Of a stretch of DNA of 64,000 nucleotides, positions 45,536-54,700 are shown in pieces (within the stretch, counting starts at the first letter, position 1; the number at the start of each line of letters is the position of its first letter). A program made the translations under genes and the position numbers. Origin of the DNA: Acidimicrobiales bacterium. Lineage in GTDB: Bacteria > Actinomycetota > Acidimicrobiia > Acidimicrobiales > JACDCH01. The notes under the pieces were generated by a model. The model saw only the letters and a list, made by a program, of their open reading frames with translations, was not told the DNA's origin and searched no databases. Location of the stretch: positions 6,373 to 70,372 of the forward strand of contig DATAES010000151.1 in the NCBI GenBank assembly GCA_036257895.1, written 5' to 3'.

Positions 45536-45784
45536 CGAAACGCGGGAGGGAGCGTTGGTGGCGGGCTCACCGTACGGCTTGCCGGCGGTGTCGTAGCAGT
45601 CGAGGTGGTAGTGCTCGACTCGGTCCCACTTGCCGTCGACGTACACGTTGCAGATGACCTGGTTGGCCCTGACCTTCGCCCGGAACTTGACCTGCTCGTC
45701 GCAGGTGACGCACATCGCGCTGCTTCCCGCCTCGATCGTGCGAAGGACAGCGCGGCTCTTCCACTGCGAGGTCGACTTCACCAT
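45524..45784 (-). CDS. Small Cys/His-containing protein (possible zinc ribbon), unknown function
   Basis: 86 aa with very high GC3. C25xxC28 ... H58xH60xxC63. The 3' end overlaps the cysC 3' end by 12 nt (convergent). Confidence 0.65.
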   Translation of the reverse strand: MVKSTSQWKSRAVLRTIEAGSSAMCVTCDEQVKFRAKVRANQVICNVYVDGKWDRVEHYHLDCYDTAGKPYGEPATNAPSRVSSAA

Positions 45785-45821
45785 GACTATCCATCGGCCG
45801 ATCCCACGTCGATGTGAAGTG

Positions 45822-45856
45822 GTTTGTGCGGTTCTAACGCGCGAATAGCGCGCGTT
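45822..45856 (+). repeat. Family C half-copy with its own 8-bp hairpin
   Basis: gtttgtgcggttctaacgcgcg (22 nt) is identical to 13859-13880. Local hairpin AACGCGCG-aatag-CGCGCGTT. The right outer arm is absent. Confidence 0.7.
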
Positions 45857-45901
45857 GTCACCGGCAGAACGGAGAGGAAACCGACCGCGCCGTCACCCGA
45901 G

Positions 45902-46228
45902 TCACCTATCGGCCGAACTGCGGCGGTACATCCGGCCCGCGGCTCGGACCAGCGAGCGCAGTTCCGCCTCGTCGGCGCCGGAAGCGACGAGTGCGTCGAT
46001 CCGGCGTTCGAGATCGGCGGCGGCGGCCTCGTCCACCGGCGGCCGCACGCCGAACGCTTCGGGACCGGCGACCGCGGTGACGAGGATCAGGCACACGATG
46101 GCGACCGCTGCAATCAGGCCCGTCGCGATGGCGACGCCGTTGTGGTCTGTGACCGATGCCACGATCATCCCCCCGATCGCGAGGACGCACACGGTGAGGA
46201 CACACCGGCGAATCCACCGAGGGGACAC
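45902..46228 (-). CDS. Small two-TM membrane protein, unknown function
   Basis: High GC3. TM helices CVLTVCVLAIGGMIVASV and VAIATGLIAAVAIVCLILVTAV. Start is GTG 46228 or ATG 46168. Confidence 0.55.
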   Translation of the reverse strand: MSPRWIRRCVLTVCVLAIGGMIVASVTDHNGVAIATGLIAAVAIVCLILVTAVAGPEAFGVRPPVDEAAAADLERRIDALVASGADEAELRSLVRAAGRMYRRSSADR

Positions 46229-46289
46229 GCTTGGAACGTACCCGCGCGGCCCCGACGACGGTCGGACGACCACTACCGTGAACGAGGCG

Positions 46290-47597
46290 ATGCCCGAGAA
46301 TCCCGACCCATTCGCACATCTTCCCGAGCAGGAAGCGGATCCCGTCGAATGGGATCCGCAACAACGTCGTTTCATCCCACACAGTCCGCGAGCGGACAGC
46401 GCCGCAGCGAGTCCGCCGCCACCTCCTCCGGCGGCGGAACCGCCTCAGGAACGCGATCAGCGCCGCTTCTTCGTCGGCGCCAGCGCGGTCGGCCAGGCTC
46501 CACCCCCTCGCGCCGGAGCCGACGCGCTCGCGACACAGCCGCCGGCACCGCCACCTTCGCTGCCGCCGTTTCCGCCGACCGTCGTCCCCCCCGGACCACC
46601 TCCCGGGCCAGAGCCGGCACCATTGCCGCGGCCCGAGCCGTCGACGGCGCCTGGCGGTCGCGGCACGCCGCGGCGGCGCCGCAGGCTGAAGTGGATCGTC
46701 GTCATCTGCCTGCTGCTTCCGATCGTGTTGCTCGCGGCCGGTCTCATCTATGCAGAGATCAAGTTCCGCCAGATCGAACGCGTGCCGGTCGGCTCGTTGC
46801 TCGACGGCGGTGGCAGCGGGACCAACATCCTCGTCGTCGGTTCCGACACGCGCGCAAACGCCGAGGGCAGCACCGCGGCAGGCGAGCCTCCCGGTGAGCG
46901 CGCGGACACCATCATGGTGCTGCGGTTGGACGGTGACGGGGCGAAGATGCTGTCGATCCCTCGCGACCTCATCGTCACGCTCGCGGACACCGGCGAGCGC
47001 GCGCGTATCAACGCGGCCTACAACAACGACCTCGGCGGCGGTCCCGGCCGTTTGCTGAAGACGGTGCAGCAGAACTTCGGGATACCCATCAACCGCTACA
47101 TGGAGGTCGACTTCGTGTCGTTCGCCGGGTTGGTCGACGCGGTCGGCGGCGTGAACATCGACTTCCCGTATCCCGCGTTCGACAGCCAGAGCGGGCTCGA
47201 CGTCAAGCAGACCGGCAGCGTGAAGCTGAATGGTGAGCAGGCGCTCGCGTATGTCCGTTCGAGGCACTACACGGAGATCAAGGAAGACGGGAAGGCGCAT
47301 GAGGACCCGACGGCGGATCTCGGTCGGGTGGAGCGCCAGCAAGCGTTCATGCGAGCGGTGATGGGGAAGGTTGCCGGGTCGCGCAACCCGATCACGCTGT
47401 TGCGGGCCGGCGGTGAGGTCACGGACGGCCTTCGTGTCGACGACAAGTTGGGATTGTTCGGCGCGATCCGACTCGCGTGGGACATGAAGGGATCGCACCC
47501 GGAGTCGGTGACCTTGCCGGTCGCGGTGAACGGCGACAACGCCACCCTGCATCTCCAACAACCCGAAGCGAACCAGGTCCTCGCCGGGTTCAAGTAG
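46290..47597 (+). CDS. LCP (LytR-CpsA-Psr) family cell-envelope phosphotransferase with a Pro-rich N-terminal tail
   Basis: NILVVGSDTR..RADTIMVLRLD..LSIPRDL..INAAY..YMEVDF..LAYVRSRH. One TM helix (WIVVICLLLPIVLLAAGLIYA). Confidence 0.85.
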   Translation: MPENPDPFAHLPEQEADPVEWDPQQRRFIPHSPRADSAAASPPPPPPAAEPPQERDQRRFFVGASAVGQAPPPRAGADALATQPPAPPPSLPPFPPTVVPPGPPPGPEPAPLPRPEPSTAPGGRGTPRRRRRLKWIVVICLLLPIVLLAAGLIYAEIKFRQIERVPVGSLLDGGGSGTNILVVGSDTRANAEGSTAAGEPPGERADTIMVLRLDGDGAKMLSIPRDLIVTLADTGERARINAAYNNDLGGGPGRLLKTVQQNFGIPINRYMEVDFVSFAGLVDAVGGVNIDFPYPAFDSQSGLDVKQTGSVKLNGEQALAYVRSRHYTEIKEDGKAHEDPTADLGRVERQQAFMRAVMGKVAGSRNPITLLRAGGEVTDGLRVDDKLGLFGAIRLAWDMKGSHPESVTLPVAVNGDNATLHLQQPEANQVLAGFK

Positions 47598-47629
47598 CCC
47601 TGCGGCCCTCCGTCGCTGGTACGAAGAAC

Positions 47630-49312
47630 TCAGCCGCGCACCAGCGGCTTGTAGCGGATGCGGTGCGGTTGGTCGGCGGCGGCGCCGAGTTCTTTGCGGC
47701 GCCATGACTCGTATTCGCTGAAGTTGCCCTCGAACCAACGAACCTGCGACTGGCCTTCGAATGCGAGCACGTGGGTGGCGATGCGATCGAGGAACCAGCG
47801 GTCGTGGCTGATCACGACCGCGCAGCCGGCGAACGACTCGAGCCCGTCTTCGAGCGCTCGCAGCGTGTCGACGTCGAGATCGTTCGTCGGCTCGTCGAGC
47901 AGGAGCACGTTGCCGCCGCGGCGAAGCATCTTGGCGAGGTGGACGCGATTGCGTTCGCCGCCCGACAGCACACCGACTTTCTTCTGCTGATCGCTGCCCT
48001 TGAAGTTGAACGACGCCACGTACGCGCGGCTGTTCATCTCCTTGCCGCCCATGAGCAGGATGTCCTGGCCGTCGGTGATCTCCTCGTACACGGTCTTGTC
48101 GGAGTCGAGGATGTCGCGACTCTGGTCCACGTAGGCGAGCTCGACGGTCGGGCCGATGCGCAACTCGCCGTCGTCGGGTTTCTCCGCACCGGTCAGCATG
48201 CGGAACAGCGTCGTCTTGCCTGCACCGTTGGGACCGATGACGCCGACGATGCCGGCAGGAGGCAGCGTGAACGACAGGTCGTCGATCAGCAAGTGGTCGC
48301 CGTATCCCTTCGCCAGGTGCTCGGTCTCGATGACCACGTCACCGAGGCGCTCACCGGACGGAATGGTGATCTCGAGCCGGTCGCCCCGTCCGTCCGCCGC
48401 CTTTGCTTCTGCCAACAGCTTCTCGTAGGCCGCGAGACGTGCCTTGCCCTTCGCCTGCCGAGCCTTCGGTGCCATGTGTACCCATTCGAGCTCGCGCTCG
48501 AGTGTGCGCTGTCGCGCCGAGTCCGCCTTCTCCTCGCGACGGAGCCGCTCTTGTTTCTGTTCGAGCCACGACGTGTAGTTGCCCTCGAAGGGGATGCCCC
48601 GGCCGCGATCGAGTTCGAGGATCCAGCGGGCCACGTTGTCGAGGAAGTAGCGATCGTGCGTGATGGCCACGACGGTGCCCGGATACTCCGACAGCGTCCG
48701 TTCGAGCCACGCCACGGATTCCGCGTCGAGATGATTCGTCGGTTCGTCGAGCAGCAACAGGTCCGGCTTAGACAGCAGCAACCGGCACAGCGCGACCCGC
48801 CGCCGTTCGCCACCGGACAGTGTCGTGACATCCGCGTCGCCCGGCGGAAGACGGAGCGCGTCCATCGCGATCTCGATCGTGCGCTCGAGATCGTTCGCGC
48901 CCTTGGCCGCGATCTCCGCTTCGAGCCGCGCCTGCTCCTGGCCGATCTTGTCGTAGTCCGCATCGGGATCCGCGTACTTCGCCAGCACCTCGTCGTAACG
49001 GGTCAGCAGCGCGGCGACCTCGCCGACACCTTCCATGACGTTGCCTTGCACGTCCTTGTCCGCGTCGAGCTGCGGCTCCTGCTCGAGCAGCCCGACAGTG
49101 AAGCCCGGCGTCAGTCGCGCCTCACCCGTGTAGCCGTCGTCGAGCCCGGCCATGATCCGCAACAAGGAGGACTTGCCGGCGCCATTCGGTCCGATGACGC
49201 CGATCTTCGCTCCGGGATAGAACGCGAGCGTGATGTCGGCGAGCACGTTCTTGTCAGGCGGGTGGAACCGGCTGACCCTGTGCATGGTGAAGATGAATTG
49301 CGCGGAGGTCAC
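47630..49312 (-). CDS. ettA: Energy-dependent translational throttle protein EttA (ABC-F)
   Basis: Two NBDs (GPNGAGKSS/LSGGERRRV and GPNGAGKTT/LSGGERNRV). N-terminus VTSAQFIFTMHRVSRF matches the EttA N-terminus. GTG start at 49312. Confidence 0.95.
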   Translation of the reverse strand: MTSAQFIFTMHRVSRFHPPDKNVLADITLAFYPGAKIGVIGPNGAGKSSLLRIMAGLDDGYTGEARLTPGFTVGLLEQEPQLDADKDVQGNVMEGVGEVAALLTRYDEVLAKYADPDADYDKIGQEQARLEAEIAAKGANDLERTIEIAMDALRLPPGDADVTTLSGGERRRVALCRLLLSKPDLLLLDEPTNHLDAESVAWLERTLSEYPGTVVAITHDRYFLDNVARWILELDRGRGIPFEGNYTSWLEQKQERLRREEKADSARQRTLERELEWVHMAPKARQAKGKARLAAYEKLLAEAKAADGRGDRLEITIPSGERLGDVVIETEHLAKGYGDHLLIDDLSFTLPPAGIVGVIGPNGAGKTTLFRMLTGAEKPDDGELRIGPTVELAYVDQSRDILDSDKTVYEEITDGQDILLMGGKEMNSRAYVASFNFKGSDQQKKVGVLSGGERNRVHLAKMLRRGGNVLLLDEPTNDLDVDTLRALEDGLESFAGCAVVISHDRWFLDRIATHVLAFEGQSQVRWFEGNFSEYESWRRKELGAAADQPHRIRYKPLVRG

Positions 49313-49330
49313 AGACGCAACGGTAATTGC

Positions 49331-49381
49331 GAATGTTGGTGCGCCGTGGCCCCTATGGGGGCCACGGCTACCCGAAGTTCG
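49331..49381 (+). repeat. REP-like palindromic element, family A copy 4
   Basis: Two differences from the consensus. One of them (GA to TA at 49369) forms the stop codon of the GH3 gene. Lies 18 nt upstream of the ettA start. Confidence 0.9.
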
Positions 49382-51707
49382 TCGAGCGGATGTCGCGCTG
49401 GCGGTACTCGGCGAGGTCGCCCCGTACCTTGACGGTGAAGAAGCGGCGGATGTCCTTCCACGACGCGCCGACGGCAAAGGTGAACTGGCCGGGTTCGCAC
49501 ACGAAGCGCATGTCCGGGTCGTAGAACGCGAGGCGGCTCGGGTGCACGGTGAACTTGACTGTCTGTGATTCGCCCGGTTGCAGATCGACTCGGCCGAACC
49601 CGATCAATCGCCGGCGCGGCCGCGCCACCGACGCCACTTCGTCGGTGACGTACAGCTGCACGACCTCTTCGCCGGCGTGGCCGCCGGTGTTGGTGATCGT
49701 GACCTCGATCTCAGTGTCGTCGCGCGTCGTTCCTGGTCGTATGTGCAGGCGGTCGTAGGCGAACGTCGTGTACGACAGCCCGTGACCGAACGTGAACAGG
49801 GCCGACGTCGGCCCGTCCGTGTAGTCGCCCCAGAACTGTGAGTGGCCGCCGCCGAAGCGGTGTCCCGCATGGATGGGCACCTGGCCGACCGCTCGCGGCA
49901 TCGTGACCGGCAACCGTCCGCTCGGGTTGGTCACACCGCACAGCACGTCTGCGATGGCGTTGCCGCCTTCCTCACCGGGCAGCCAGGCCATCAGCACGGC
50001 AGGGACGTTCTCGGCGATCCACGGCAGCGCGAAGACGCGCCCACCAATGATGACGACGACGGTCGGTGTTCCGGTCGCGACCGCTGCTTCGATCAGCTGA
50101 TTTTGCAAGCCGGTCAGTGACAGATCGCTCGCGTCACGTGCCTCGCCAACAGTCGAGCGCTGCATGAGACCGGAGCGACCACCCACGCAGACGATCGCGA
50201 CGTCGGCGTCCCGCGCGAGGGCGACCGCTGCGTCGAATCCGGAGCGGTCGTCGCCGTCGATCGCGCAACCGCGCTCGTAGTCGACCGATGCCTCCTGACC
50301 CGCGAGGTGGCGCAGCGCGGCAAGTGGTGTGACATGGTCGGTGTAGTACGGCCCGGGGGAGAAGGCGCCGCCGGTCTCGGGCAGCTCGAAGGGCGTCGAT
50401 CCGGTCGAGTCGCGCTCGTACACCCCCTCGATGTGCGCCGGGTAGTGGTAGTCACCCTGCAGGCCGCGGACGTCATCCGCCAAGGGGCCGATCACGGCGA
50501 TGCGCCCGAGCAGCTCCAGCGGCAGCAGCCCGCCCTCGTTGCGGACCAGGACGAGCGAGCGAGCCGCGGCCCGCCGAGCGAGCGCGCGTTGCGCGTCCGT
50601 CTCGAATACCGTCGCCGCGCGTCCTTCATCCGCGAACGGCGCTTCGAACAGTCCGAGGCGGAACTTGGTCGCGAGGACGCGACCGACGGCGCGGTCGACG
50701 AGCGCGGCCTCGACGGCGCCTTCCTCAACGGCACGTGCGAGCTCTCCGTAGCAGTCGAGCGCGGGCAGTTCGAGGTCGAGTCCGGCAGCGAGCGCCTGCA
50801 CCGCAGCGGCGGCCCGGTCCGGAGCCGTGTGATGGTGGGCGATCAACCTCGACACGGCGAAGTAGTCAGCCACGACGAGGCCGTCGAACCCCAACTCGTC
50901 GCGCAGCAGACCTGTGAGGATCGCCGCGGAGCCCGCGCAGGGAAGTCCGTCCACCGAGCAGTACGCGTTCATCACCGAGGCCAGCCCGGCATCACGGATC
51001 GCGGCCGCGAACGGCTCCGCGTACACCTCGCGCAGCTCGCGCGGCCCGAGCTGCGCTGGCGCGTGGTTCATCCCGCCCTCCGGCAGTCCGTAGCCGAGGA
51101 AGTGCTTGCCGGTACAGATCACGCCGTCTCGCAGGTCGCTCGTCTGCAGACCGCGCACGTATGCAGTGCCGAGCGCGCCGCTCAACACGGGATCCTCGCC
51201 ATAAGTCTCCTCGACCCGTCCCCAGCGAGGGTCGCGGGCGATGTCGAGCACCGGGGCCAGCGTCTGGCGCGCGCCAACGGCCATCATCTGCTCGCGGATG
51301 ACGCCAGCCACGGATTCGATCAACTCCGGATCCCACGTTGCGGCCAGACCGATGGCTTGCGGGAACACCGTTGCGCCGCGCGCGCAGAGCCCGGCGACCG
51401 ACTCTTCGTGGACCACGACGGGGATCCCCAGCCGGTTCGAGTCAATGGCGAGGCGCTGGATCTCGTTGAACACGCGCGCACTCTCGACCGGGAGCAGCCC
51501 TGTCGACGCGCCGATCCGCGTCACGTGCCCGATCCCGTCGTGCAGGCGTGACCGCACACGGCGCTCGTCGACGCCGTCCGGTCCGACCAGATCCGTGACC
51601 CAGACGCCCCCGAGTTGGGCGACTTTCTCGTCGAGTGTCATCCGGTGGACGAGGTCGTCCACACGGTCGTCGACTGCGGCACCGGCGTCGAGGTAGAGGT
51701 CGCTCAC
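49368..51707 (-). CDS. Glycoside hydrolase family 3 beta-glucosidase
   Basis: 779 aa. GKHFLGYG, plus GH3 N- and C-terminal domains and a C-terminal fibronectin-like region. Confidence 0.9.
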   Translation of the reverse strand: MSDLYLDAGAAVDDRVDDLVHRMTLDEKVAQLGGVWVTDLVGPDGVDERRVRSRLHDGIGHVTRIGASTGLLPVESARVFNEIQRLAIDSNRLGIPVVVHEESVAGLCARGATVFPQAIGLAATWDPELIESVAGVIREQMMAVGARQTLAPVLDIARDPRWGRVEETYGEDPVLSGALGTAYVRGLQTSDLRDGVICTGKHFLGYGLPEGGMNHAPAQLGPRELREVYAEPFAAAIRDAGLASVMNAYCSVDGLPCAGSAAILTGLLRDELGFDGLVVADYFAVSRLIAHHHTAPDRAAAAVQALAAGLDLELPALDCYGELARAVEEGAVEAALVDRAVGRVLATKFRLGLFEAPFADEGRAATVFETDAQRALARRAAARSLVLVRNEGGLLPLELLGRIAVIGPLADDVRGLQGDYHYPAHIEGVYERDSTGSTPFELPETGGAFSPGPYYTDHVTPLAALRHLAGQEASVDYERGCAIDGDDRSGFDAAVALARDADVAIVCVGGRSGLMQRSTVGEARDASDLSLTGLQNQLIEAAVATGTPTVVVIIGGRVFALPWIAENVPAVLMAWLPGEEGGNAIADVLCGVTNPSGRLPVTMPRAVGQVPIHAGHRFGGGHSQFWGDYTDGPTSALFTFGHGLSYTTFAYDRLHIRPGTTRDDTEIEVTITNTGGHAGEEVVQLYVTDEVASVARPRRRLIGFGRVDLQPGESQTVKFTVHPSRLAFYDPDMRFVCEPGQFTFAVGASWKDIRRFFTVKVRGDLAEYRQRDIRSTNFG

Positions 51708-51774
51708 GGGAAGACAGCATCCACCAACCCGTGCCCGGAAGCCATCGAGGGCTCACCGGTAGGATCGACGCACG

Positions 51775-54700
51775 ATGGCTGACGAACGCTCCTCGCGAGC
51801 ACTCGGCCCGAACGAGTGGCTCGTCGACGAGATGTACGAGCAATACCGCGCTGATCCGTCTTCGGTGAGCAAGAGCTGGCAGGAGTTCTTCGCCGACTAC
51901 CGCCGTGACGACCAGCCCGCACCGACACCCGCACGCGTACCGACACCCGCTCCCGTACCGACACCCGCTCCCGCCCCGACAGCCGCTCCCGCGCCCGCAC
52001 CCGCTCCCGCACCCGCGCCCACCGCCAAGCCTGCGACGCCCGGGCGTCCGACGACCGCAGCGGTAGTGGAACGCCCGGGCGTCGCAACGGCGAAGGACGA
52101 GGAGGCGGACGTGCAGCCGTTGCGAGGTGCCGCGGCTCGCATCGTGGCCAACATGGAGGCGAGCCTCGCCATCCCGACCGCGACGAGCTTCCGCGAGGTC
52201 CCGGCCCGCCTGCTCGAGGTGAACCGTTCGGTCATCAACGGTTACCTGAGCCGCACCCGCGGTGGCAAGGTCAGCTTCACCCATCTCATCGGCTACGCAG
52301 TCGTGCGCGCGATCGCCGAGACGGTTCGCGTCATGAACTCGAGCTACGCCGAAAGTGACGACGGCAAGCCGGAGGTCGTCCGCCATCGACAGCTCGGTCT
52401 CGGCCTCGCGGTCGACGTCGAGAAGAGCGACGGCTCGCGCACGCTGTTCGTTCCGGTGATCAAGAACGCCGACACACTCGACTTCCGCGGGTTCTGGAAC
52501 GCGTACGAGGACCTGATCCGCAAGGTGCGTTCGAACAAGCTCAGCCCGGACGACTTCGCCGGCGCCACGGTGAGCCTCACCAACCCCGGCACCATCGGAA
52601 CGGTGCAGTCCGTACCCCGGCTCATGCCGGGGCAGGGCGTCATCGTCGGCGTCGGGGCGCTCGACTATCCCGCCGCGTACCAGGGTGCCGACCCTCGGGC
52701 GCTAGCCGAGCTCGGCGTCTCGAAGGTGATGGTCATCACCTCGACGTACGACCACCGTGTCATCCAGGGCGCGGAGTCGGGACTGTTCCTAAAGCGCGTG
52801 CACGAGCTGCTGCTCGGGGCCGACGGCTTCTACGACAAGGTGTTCCGCTCGCTCTCGGTGCCCTACGAAGCAGTGCAGTGGCGGCGGGACGTGAACCCCG
52901 TCGACCGCGAACAAGCCATGCTCGAGAAGCAGATGGCGGTGGACACGCTCATCCGGGTGTACCGGGTGCGGGGCCACCTCATCGCCGACCTTGATCCGCT
53001 GGCTGCCTCCGAGCCGCACATGGAGAACGAGCTCGACCCCGCCACTTACGGGCTGACCATCTGGGATCTCGAGCGCGAGTTCCTCACCAACGGGCTGGCT
53101 GGCACCGACTGCATGAAGCTCGGCGACATCCTGCACCTGCTGCGCGATGCGTACTGCCGCACGATCGGCATCGAGTACATGCACATCCAGGAACTGTCCG
53201 AACAGCACTGGATCCAAGAGCAGGTGGAGGGCGTGCGCGCCGAGCTCGATGCCGACGACCAGCGTCACCTGCTCGACCGGCTCAACGCGGCCGAAGCCTT
53301 CGAGATGTTCCTCGGCACCAAGTACATCGGACAGAAGCGGTTCGGCATGCAAGGCGCCGAGTCGGCGATCCCGATCCTCGACGCGGTGATCGAGGAGGCG
53401 GCCGAGCGCGACCTCGACGGCGTTGTGATGGGCATGTCGCACCGAGGCCGGCTCAACGTGCTCGCCAACATCGTCGGCAAGAGCTACGACCAGATCTTCA
53501 AGGAATTCGAAGGTGCCGTCGATCCCGAGTCGACGCAAGGCTCCGGCGACGTGAAGTACCACCTCGGCCAATCCGGCAAGTTCGTTTCGCGCAGTGGCAA
53601 AGAGATCGAAGTCGAGTTGTCGGCCAACCCGAGCCATCTCGAGGCGGTGGACCCCGTCGTCGTGGGTATGGCGCGGGCGAAGCAGGATCTGATCAACGAT
53701 CCGGGCTCGTTCTCCGTCGTGCCGATCCTCGTGCACGGCGACGCCGCGTTCGCAGGGCAAGGCGTCGTCGCGGAGACGCTGCAGCTCGGGATGATCAAGG
53801 GTTACCGCGTCGGCGGCACGATCCATCTCGTCATCAACAACCAACTCGGCTTCACGACCCCGCCCGAGTCGGCGCGGTCGTCCGAGTACCCGACGGACAT
53901 CGCCAAGATGGTGCAGGCGCCGATCTTTCACGTGAACGGTGACGACCCGGAGGCGTGCGTGCGGGTCGCAAGGCTCGCGTTCGCGTACCGGCAGCGGTTC
54001 GGCAAGGACGTCGTCATCGACATGATCTGCTACCGCCGGCTCGGTCACAACGAAGGTGACGACCCGAGCTACACGCAGCCGCTGATGTACAAGCGCATCG
54101 AGAACAAGCGGTCGGTCCGCAAGCTCTACACCGAGTCGCTCGTCAAGCGAGGCGATATCACCCTGGACGAAGCCGAACACGCGCTCGACGACTTCCAGGC
54201 GAAGCTGCAAGAGGCGCTCAACTCGACACGATCGCATGCTCCTGCGCCCGGCACGAGGGCGCAGCCCCCGCCCCCGCCCGCTGGTTGCCTGCCCCGGGTC
54301 GAGACCGGCGTCGACCGAGCGACCATCGATCGGATCTATGACGTCTTGTCGACGCCCCCCGAGGGCTTCGAACTGCACCCGAAGCTCGGTCGCCAGTTCG
54401 ACGCGCGCACGAAGATGTTCAAGCAGGAGGGCGAGGTCGACTGGGCGCTGGCCGAGGCGATCGCCTTCGGTTCACTGTTGCTCGAGGGCACCGACATCCG
54501 CGTGGCGGGGCAGGACACGAGGCGGGGCACGTTCAGCCAGCGCCACTCCGTGCTCGTGGACTACTCCACCGGCGCGGAGTGGGCGCCGCTGGCCCACCTC
54601 GACCCGGACCAGGCGAAGTTCTGGATCTACGACTCGCTTCTGTCGGAGTACGCGGCGGTCGGCTTCGAGTACGGCTACTCGGTCGTCAACAAGAGCGCCC

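Noticed and set aside
51760-51765. TAGGAT (TANNNT) 9 nt upstream of the kgd ATG, which would suggest a leaderless transcript.
   Set aside because: This is a single hexamer match without a -35 element or experimental support. It is plausible but not supportable from sequence alone.
51897-52030. Apparent DNA tandem repeats (ccgacacccgctcccg..) near the 5' end of kgd.
   Set aside because: They encode the Pro/Ala/Thr-rich flexible linker (PTPAPVPTPAPAPTAAPAPAPAPAPAP) typical of 2-oxoacid dehydrogenase components. This is low-complexity coding sequence, not a separate element. The twin palindrome just downstream is reported separately.
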